From Podospora anserina (taxonomy: Eukaryota): DNA of 64,000 nt. The notes under the pieces were generated by a model. It saw only the letters and a list, made by a program, of their open reading frames with translations. It was not told the DNA's origin and ran no database searches. Within the stretch, counting starts at the first letter, position 1; each line of letters opens with the position of its first letter. Positions 56,409-64,000 of this stretch are shown here, piece after piece. Both the position numbers and the translations under genes were made by a program. Location of the stretch: positions 3,720,001 to 3,784,000 of the forward strand of contig CM030338.1 of NCBI GenBank assembly GCA_017654855.1. The letters are read 5' to 3'.

Positions 56409-56997
56409 AGCCCGCCACCTGTCGGTCATTTCGTGGACGATGTAGCTATGCGTACAATGCAGGAGATCAATACGCAACTATTTTGCTGTCATTATGGCCG
56501 TGCCAGGTGTGTTAACTGTCATTGAAGCCCTGTTGGCTCTAACTTTGAAGGCCATAAGATAATACAAAGGTGCCCCATTATCTTAAAAGGTCTTAAAGAT
56601 ACCTAATCGCCAAGTGTTGGCGGTCAGTTTTGTCAAATCGTATATGGGGGCCAAAAAAGGTGTCAATTCTGTTGTTGTACGAGGGTGAGTTGCCCGGGTG
56701 GCTGGAAAAAAGCCGAACCCAGTGGCCCAGGTCCCACTGCCAAGATATTAATTCCTTAATAGTGGGCCCGGTTGACTATTCTGACAAGTTCAAAGCTGCC
56801 ACAGAATAGCGCCCCCTGAGAATGCCGCCGGCATTTTGCCCCTGTCGCGGTCCATCGCCAAGTCAGGCAACCAGCGGTGGTTTCCACAACGCTAACATTT
56901 TGATCATAACCTGGCATTCGGGTATAAATAACGACATGCACCTTACCTACCTAACTACCTACCTACCTACTCTTGAACCCAGCTCAGTTCTACCATC

Positions 56998-59502
56998 ATG
57001 GCCCGTACAACTCAGATACATAGAGCCCGACGTGATGCTGCCAAGATCGCCCCTCGAACTTGTGTCGTTCAGCCAACCACACCCAATCCGGAAAGGCAAC
57101 AGCCGTACCAGTATCCCGGCATTAATGTCGACCTCCGCCACCTCTTGCGGCACTGGACTCTCGAACCGGGCGTCGACTATTACCGTGTGGGGTGTTTCGA
57201 GGTATCTGGTACCCACAGCGAGACACAGCCCATCATGGTTCGGGAGGTGGCCATGACGCTTCTCATGGACCGCTTGACCGACAAACCTGGCTGGCATGAA
57301 AAGGTCTTTGACGAGGAAATCGTTGCCAAATGGAAACAGGAAGCTCTGAGAGCACCCGAGGATGACATTTGGAACTCCATCATCACCGATCAAATCTTGC
57401 AAAACCTCGAGGAGATTCGGCAAGTACTGGCCAGTGGTGATCCTGACGAAATCGAAGGTTATCTCTGGCACTATGCTTACTATCCTCAAAAACCAGCGCG
57501 CCAGAGGATCATATCAGAGCAGGCGTTTGATTACGTATGTATTCTTTTCCTCATCAGAGTTGCGGCTTGGTACTCATACGACTCCAGTGTATTGCTGAGC
57601 TTCGCTGCAAAGCTGTCGAGTTCAACAAAAGTGGCCTGATCTTTACGCTCAACACAAACGAGAACATGGCCATTAAGTCGGACTCTGTTGTCACCGACGA
57701 GCTTCGTGAAGACCTCAGAGCCGCCTTCAACAAACTCGTGGCTGAGCAAGGCTCTAACCCTGACTGGCACCCACGGGCTCAAGAGATGGTCCAGGACCTT
57801 GTTCACCCGTCCATGCACCCCTTTGTCTACGGGAAATCCCCATTTTTCCAAGACGAGGTTGTGGGAGTCGAGGATGCCGTTGAGAAGTGGGCTGGCAAGG
57901 GCCAGGTCATTGAGAAGCCGCTCACCAAACCCCGCGAAGAAATGAGCGACTTTCATGACTACAACGGCCAAGAGTATGCGTTCTGGTCTGAGAAATACCA
58001 ATGGCTTCCTGCCAACCTAGCCTTTCAGGACGATGGTACAGTCAGGTTCACCAGTTACATCAACAACCTGCACCCAAAGAGACACCCCGAGATCTATCGT
58101 ACCATCGAGCGGCTCATTGACACGGCTATTCCGGCATGGGAACGGGTCTTGAGCGGAAAGGCCACCATCGGTGAACCCTACATCGAAAGGAGGTCCTCCA
58201 GCTATCGGAAATGCGGAAAGAAAGTCGTCCCAGTGCAACAGCGGTTTGGGCCCGCTCCAGTATTCTGCAGCGAATATGACAACGACGCTTATGAGGCTCA
58301 GCCGGACGATTTGCGGCCCGGACTTATCAGGGAGTGGGAAGAAAAGAATGGCAGGCCTGTTCCATTGGATGATCACGAGCTATACGAGGTGGAGAGCTGG
58401 ACAGGGCCAGATGAATGTACCTCCAACCCAGAGCAGTACGAGGGTCTTACTCTGGAAGAGCAGAAAGAGAGACTTTTGCTCAATTACAAGTGGAAAGAAA
58501 TTCGGGATGTTATCCTTCCAGAACCCCTGGGCTTTCAGCCAGTCACATACACCACCGAGCACAAACTCAGTGAGAAGTTTAAGGAAACCGGTCTTCAGGT
58601 CATTGTGAAGATGGCTACGATTGAGCTTACCCCGGAAAAGCCCGACTTCCCGGTTGGAGGTTGGCACGTAAGTGAACCCCTATCTTTACTCCCTTCTGGA
58701 TAGGTACTGACACCAAGCCTGGGGCTAGATTGAGGGCATGATGAGCGAGCACATTGTTGCCACAGCTCTGTACTACCTTGATTCAGAGAACATCACCACG
58801 AGCTCCCTTGAGTTTCGCATGAAAGCAGATGAGCACCCGGATTTGGAAGATACTATCGGGCAGGATAACTATCGGCCCAATCAGGTCATGTTTGGTTGTC
58901 TGTTTAAGGACGGAGAAGCTCTGCAGAAGCTCGGCAACGTTGAAACGCGCCAGGGACGCCTTCTTGCCTTCCCAAATGTTTTGTGAGTGGATTCAATCCG
59001 AGGTAATAACCTGTTTTGACACATTCGTCTAACCTACCATCTACAAAACAGCCAGCATCGCGTCTCTCCCTTCAGTCTCCAGGACCGGACCAAGCCGGGA
59101 CATCGACGCTTCATTGCTCTTTGGCTCGTTGATCCACACCAACGAATCATCTCCACTGCCAACGTACCACCGCAACAGCTGGACTGGTGGGCAGAAGCCG
59201 TCTTTGGGGGCAAGGACCAGGTGGCAAAGGGTGAGCTCCCTTCCGAGGTGTTTCAACTCTTGCTCGAGCAGGGGCTCGCCGACACAATCTCCCCGCCAAA
59301 GGAGGTGCTTGACAAATTGAACAATCGGTTGCCGCCTGAACTTATGAACATGGTGCGCAAGCAGCGAGTTATGCCACAAGCTCTGATGACGAGAGAGGAG
59401 GCAAAGGAGCACAGGTTGAAGTTGATGGAAGAGCGGAGCACGTTTCACGAAGAGGCAGAGTCATCCTGGACGGGGGTGAAGTTCAACTTTTGCGAACACT
59501 AG
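56998..59502 (+). CDS. DUF4246-like protein (probable double-stranded beta-helix oxygenase-like fold); 4 exons
   Basis: LTDKPGWHEKVFD, DWHP..VQDLVHPS, YQWLPAN, SYINNLHP, LQVIVKMATIELTPEKP..GGWHIEG, GRLLAFPN.FQHRVSPF, WLVDP; introns 57535-57587, 58668-58728, 58983-59051. Confidence 0.88.
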
Positions 59503-59853
59503 TCATATCCCCGTTATCTTAGGTAGTTATGGAAGTCATGCAGGTGCTTGTAGGTGTTGTCCAATGGTGGTGGTTATTCCCTGGAACGATACGACGCTGA
59601 CCAAGCTATTTTCACCAAAGGAGATAGTTTGTGATCATGAGCACAACAACGAGCAAGGGGCTGCCCCTCACCGGCGGTTCATTTATATCCGTTGCAACTC
59701 TTATATCTTAACTGCCTGCATCGCACATTGCGGCCGCGTTGACTATGACACCCAGGTAGCAGGTCTCCCGCGTCGCTACCAGACAGTAATAAATGAATCC
59801 CGGGTGCTTCCCGCACTTACGCAACTAATAAGAGTCTCTTCATAGCCTCCACC

Positions 59854-61640
59854 ATGGCAGCAGAGGTAGACTCGGCTCTGCCCGCAGAAGACGCAATCCA
59901 TACCGAGAAGGCCCTTGGTACACTTCCTCATGAGGAGAACCCCCGGTTAGACAAGATCCTTAACCGGAAGTTTGACCTTCACATTCTCCCTTGGTTATTT
60001 GGTATCTGGTCAGTGGAATCATATTCACATTCTCACATTCTCACATTCTCACATTCTCACATTCTCACATTCTCACAACCCCAGGCTCTTCTCCTTCATC
60101 GACCGCTCCAACATAGGCAACGCCCGCCTCGCCGGCCTCCCCGAGGACCTCGGCATCGCCGGCGTCGGCACCCAGTTCAACCTCGCCCTCCTGGTCTTTT
60201 ACATCCCCTACATTCTCGTCGACGTCCCCTCCAACCTCCTCCTCAAAAAGTTCCGCGCGGGCGTCTACCTCCCTTCCCTCATCACAGCCTGGGGCGTGGT
60301 GTGCTTATCCATAGGGTTTGTCAAGTCCTATGCCGGGCTGATCGTCTGCCGGCTGTTGCTGGGGTTGTTTGAGGGTGGGATTTTGGGAGGGGTGATCATT
60401 TACCTGGCCATGTTTTACAAGAGGCATGAGATGCTGTATCGGAGTGGGCTGTTTTACTGTGCGGCGCCGTTGAGTGGTGCTTTTGGGGGGTTGCTGGCGG
60501 GGGCATTGGGGAATATTGAGGTGGGGGGGTATAAGAGGTGGCCGTGGATCTTCTTTGGTGGGTTGAAAATGTCTGATGATTTTGTGTACCTAGGTGGGAA
60601 TGATACTGACGATGTGAACAGTCGAGGGGGCGGCGACGGTGGTGTTTGGGATCGTTTGCCTCTTCTTCATGCCTGATACGCCGGCCGCGTCACGGTTTTT
60701 GACAGAAGAAGAACGGGACTGGGCACTGAAGAGGATGAAGATCGATGCGAGCGGCTCTACGGCCCTGGAGACAGTCGATGAGGAGAAGTTTGACTGGTTT
60801 TGGGTGTGGATGGCCATCAAGTCACCGCAGATGTGGTTCTGTGCTGGTGTTTGGTTCTTTTTGCTGGTGCCTCTCTACGTATGTCATCAAGTGACAGGTT
60901 GCCTAAACGTTTACTGACAAGAACAGAGTTTCTCGTTGTTCTTGCCGTCAATCGTCGCCGGCATGGGCTACACGTCAACCACAGCGCAGCTCTTTACCGT
61001 GCCACCCAACATGGCCGGCTTCGTCGTGGTCATTCTCACTGCTCACTTCTCTGACAAGGTCAAAAATCGAGGCGGCTTCATTGCTGCCGGCACTGTGGTT
61101 GGGATAGCGGGTTATGTGATGCTCCTTGTATCTGAGCAGAATGCAGTCAAGTATGCCGGCACATTTCTGATTGCTATGGGGGTGTTTCAAGCTTCACCTA
61201 TGCTGATGGTAGGTGTTGGCATTTGGCCAGATCTTCGGATGATGCTAACTTGGTTTCCAGGGGTGGGTTGCCAACAACCTGGCTCCTCACTACGTCAGGG
61301 CAGTGGGAGTGGGCATTGTGATATCCATCGCCAATTGCTCGGCATTCATTGGAACGTTTATCTACTTGCAACGAGATGCGTATGTCACCCGCGGTAGCAC
61401 TTTCTACTGCAATGGTCCAAAAGCTGACATTTTACCTCTCTGAACAGGCCAAAATACGCCCTGGGCCATTCCATCAGTCTTGGTGCCTTGGTCATCACAC
61501 TCTTCCTGACGGGCCTTCAGGTGGCATATCTCAGTTGGGAGAACAGAAAGCGTGATAGCGGAGAAAGAGACGTTCGATTGGTGGAAGGCAGTGTGCATCG
61601 GCTCGGGCATCGTCATCCTGCTTTTCGCTACACACTGTAA
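59854..61640 (+). CDS. MFS transporter, anion:cation symporter (allantoate/nicotinate permease-like); 6 exons
   Basis: FIDRSNIGNARLAG, DVPSN, RLLLGLFEGG, SGAFGGLLA, WPWIFFVEG, AQLFTVPP, HPAFRYTL; introns 60009-60084, 60558-60621, 60879-60926, 61209-61260, 61380-61447. Confidence 0.92.
60026..60076. repeat. 8-bp tandem repeat (CACATTCT) x ~6 inside intron 1 of the MFS gene
   Basis: cacattct repeated, read directly. Confidence 0.92.
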
Positions 61641-61793
61641 AAAGGAATCGACTGTAGAGAGCTCCAGGCACTATACTTACCTAAACAGCACCAAGTGTTG
61701 ACTATGCATGAAGGTGTGTTAACCAAAGGCACTTGCTCCCTGTGCATCATCAACTTTGTGACCGCTGCACTTGATCCCCAGATCCCCACAGGT

Positions 61794-61860
61794 TGGCGCC
61801 AGTAGGTCTCGAACCTACTCTGGGTTCAAATACGGCCTCACTAATTCTATTGCGCACCCC
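61794..61860 (-). other. tRNA-like fragment (T-arm plus acceptor 3' strand)
   Basis: Minus strand GTAGG TTCGAGA CCTAC TGGCGCC A; no convincing D or anticodon arm. Confidence 0.4.
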
Positions 61861-62733
61861 CCCTTTACTCCCTGTGCATCCCATCATCGGGGCTAGGGCT
61901 ATAGATGTGAATTTCAGTCAACGGCAACATGGGAAAGGCTGCTCCTGGAACAACCTGGAGCAACCAAAGGCCACCAAAACTGCGTTCAGCCATGCCTTCA
62001 ACGAACTGAAGTTCTCGAACACCCTGTTGTTCACCAAACTGAGCACTCAGTTGGCCAACCCCCAGTTGAGCACCCAGTTGAGTGCCTAGGTACCTAGGCA
62101 GCACAATGGCCTACACTTGTTCACAAGATCAAGGTAGCCTTTTATATTGGGCTCTGGGGCAAATAAAGCGCAGATATTTCTTCAAATTCACTCTCTCGTA
62201 TGCCGATCCCAGATGTCACCATCCGCGCCCAAGAGGATAGTGCCGCCGCACTCGGCAGCTTCCCCAATGCGGAAGCTCGCTCTCATTCAGGCGGCCAGTT
62301 CCGAAATCCGGGGTGCATAATCCACTGCCGCCGATGAATACTACCGTTACCCAGTTTTTATTTCGTCACAATGCCCACGTCGTTTCATTCTTATTGCAAC
62401 TGTCCACTGGTCTTTCGGCGCGGATGAGCACCGAAAGCAACAGCAAGCGGCATAGGAACGTTCGGGGGCGAGAGCTCCGAAAGTCAGTGGGCATTGACAT
62501 AAATCCCACGAATGATCAGGTCGTGTTTACAAGAGGCTTGTTTAATATCGCCGGTAATTATACCCGTAGAGCAACCATCCCGGCTCGGCAGTCCGCCGGG
62601 TGATTTCTGGTGAACAGTATAAATCTCTCCGTTCACCTCTCCGTCAGGTCCATATACCTCTTTTCTCGGTATCAACATCCAACTCCCAATCCCTGTGCTG
62701 ACCGTCATCGTCTCTGGGATCACGCTGCCCAAC

Positions 62734-63273
62734 ATGCGTGTCCTTCTCCAGCTCTTTACCCTCCTCTGGGTCTACACATCCTTCGCCACCGCAGCCATCA
62801 GCTGGAGCCTCCAGAAGGCGAGCAACCCGACCTCTGACCAGAACGACGCCTACGCCCGTATCGAGAATGCCATGCGTCTCGCCGTTGCCAGGTACAACAG
62901 GCTCGCTCCACGGGCAAACAAAGTCGTGACAGTCCAATACGTCCCCTCTGTCCAAACCGCTGACGGCAACTTCAACGGCAACATCCGCTTCGGCTCAAAC
63001 AGGTCCTATATGAATGAACGAGTTGCGCTACACGAGATCTCTCACACGCTAGGTGTGGGTACCACCAACGGGTTCAACCAGCGCTGCTCTCAAAACAACT
63101 GGCCGACAGCCACCCCCCTTCTGAAGAGCTGGGATGGGCAAGACGCAAAGATTAACTGCGGAGGCTCACACGTGTGGCCTTATGGTCTTAACCAGAATTC
63201 AGAAATGAGTGAAACGAACGCGAACAGACATTGTCAGCTCGTGAACGCGATGATCATTGATGGCATGTTTTGA
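62734..63273 (+). CDS. Small secreted protein with an HExxH zincin-like metallopeptidase motif
   Basis: Signal peptide MRVLLQLFTLLWVYTSFATA; VQTADGNFNGNIRFG; ALHEISHTLGVG; HVWPYGLN; intronless 179 aa. Confidence 0.82.
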   Translation: MRVLLQLFTLLWVYTSFATAAISWSLQKASNPTSDQNDAYARIENAMRLAVARYNRLAPRANKVVTVQYVPSVQTADGNFNGNIRFGSNRSYMNERVALHEISHTLGVGTTNGFNQRCSQNNWPTATPLLKSWDGQDAKINCGGSHVWPYGLNQNSEMSETNANRHCQLVNAMIIDGMF

Positions 63274-63383
63274 TGGGTTAGGGTTGTGAATTGGGTTAGG
63301 GTTAAGGTTACTTGGAGTTTTGCACACAGCATCCTCACAGGGGCTTTCCCCTGTCACCGGCTCAGAGAAAGAAAGAAGAGCAA

Positions 63384-64000
63384 TTACTCATCCCATCTGC
63401 TCTCCAGTCCATTGACCCCCCTCGGCCTTTCTGCCAGCGTCGTGATCCTGAACCCATGCCTCAACCCTTCCTGGGGCACGTGAACATTGTAATCGCTGAT
63501 AGCAGTGTGACTTGTCACCCTATTATCCCAGAGTGCGACCGTCCCCTCCTCCCACTTGACCCTCACTTGAAAGTCCTGGCCAAACGTGATGTGGTGGAAA
63601 AGAAGCTTCAACAGCGCCTCGCTCTCCTCATCCTTCAGCCCCACAATCCTCTTGGTAAAACCCGGGTTGACAAAAAGTGCCTTTTGGCCTGTGGCAGGGT
63701 GAACCCGAACGATCGGGTGCTCGGTTTTCACTGGTTCGCGGCGCACAAACAGGCCGTCACGGCGGGCGCCTTCTGCTTGGGGAAAGCCGGAGTGCTCAGC
63801 GCGGAGGTTTTCAAGAAGCGCCTGGATGGGAGGGGAAAGACGGGCATAGGCGGCAGTTTGGGACTCCCATGCGGTGTCGCCTCCTGTAGGGGGCACCGAG
63901 AGCAAAGTCAGGATGGTGATCCCGGGGGGTTGGCGCTCGTAGGAAACGTCCGAGTGATAGCCGGTCGTGGTGAGACGGTTGCCTCGGCGGCGGTTCCTGT
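63384..64000 (-). CDS. TauD/TfdA-family alpha-ketoglutarate-dependent dioxygenase (5' end outside window)
   Basis: YHSDVSYERQPPG (HxD), GGDTAW, HPIVRVHPATGQKALFVN, WDNRVTSH. Confidence 0.93.
   Translation of the reverse strand, partial: RNRRRGNRLTTTGYHSDVSYERQPPGITILTLLSVPPTGGDTAWESQTAAYARLSPPIQALLENLRAEHSGFPQAEGARRDGLFVRREPVKTEHPIVRVHPATGQKALFVNPGFTKRIVGLKDEESEALLKLLFHHITFGQDFQVRVKWEEGTVALWDNRVTSHTAISDYNVHVPQEGLRHGFRITTLAERPRGVNGLESRWDE

Noticed and set aside
1-64000. Transposons, LTRs, CRISPR arrays, rRNA, PKS/NRPS backbone genes
   Set aside because: No transposase, reverse transcriptase or integrase motifs, long repeats, spacer arrays or megasynthase domains were seen by eye

Overview
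Gene-dense window from a filamentous ascomycete. This rests on short GT..AG introns with CTRAC branch points and on the gene families present; a Sordariomycete (Sordariales/Podospora-like) assignment is inference only. About 25 protein-coding genes and one intron-containing tRNA-Asp(GTC) can be read. Secreted or surface proteins: aspartic protease, GH17 glucanase, PI-PLC-like phosphodiesterase, DUF1524/HNH nuclease, HExxH protein and a kelch membrane protein. Transport and regulation: two MFS transporters, a ZIP transporter and a Zn2Cys6 factor divergent from an SDR. Others: an amidoligase-like enzyme, Dom34/Pelota, a WDR44-like WD40 protein, thioredoxin, a methyltransferase, a DUF4246-like protein and a partial TauD dioxygenase. 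The most unusual element is a head-to-tail array at 4.2-8.5 kb of four paralogous genes encoding CHORD/BTK-like Cys/His modules with a shared N-terminal helix and a shared intron position; most copies are decaying. Also notable: an in-frame upstream exon that would extend Dom34 by 43 aa, a G-domain protein with degenerate G1/G3 motifs, an internally deleted DUF6546-like pseudogene and a tRNA-like fragment. No transposase, CRISPR array or rRNA was recognised. All family assignments come from motif recognition by eye; no database search was run.
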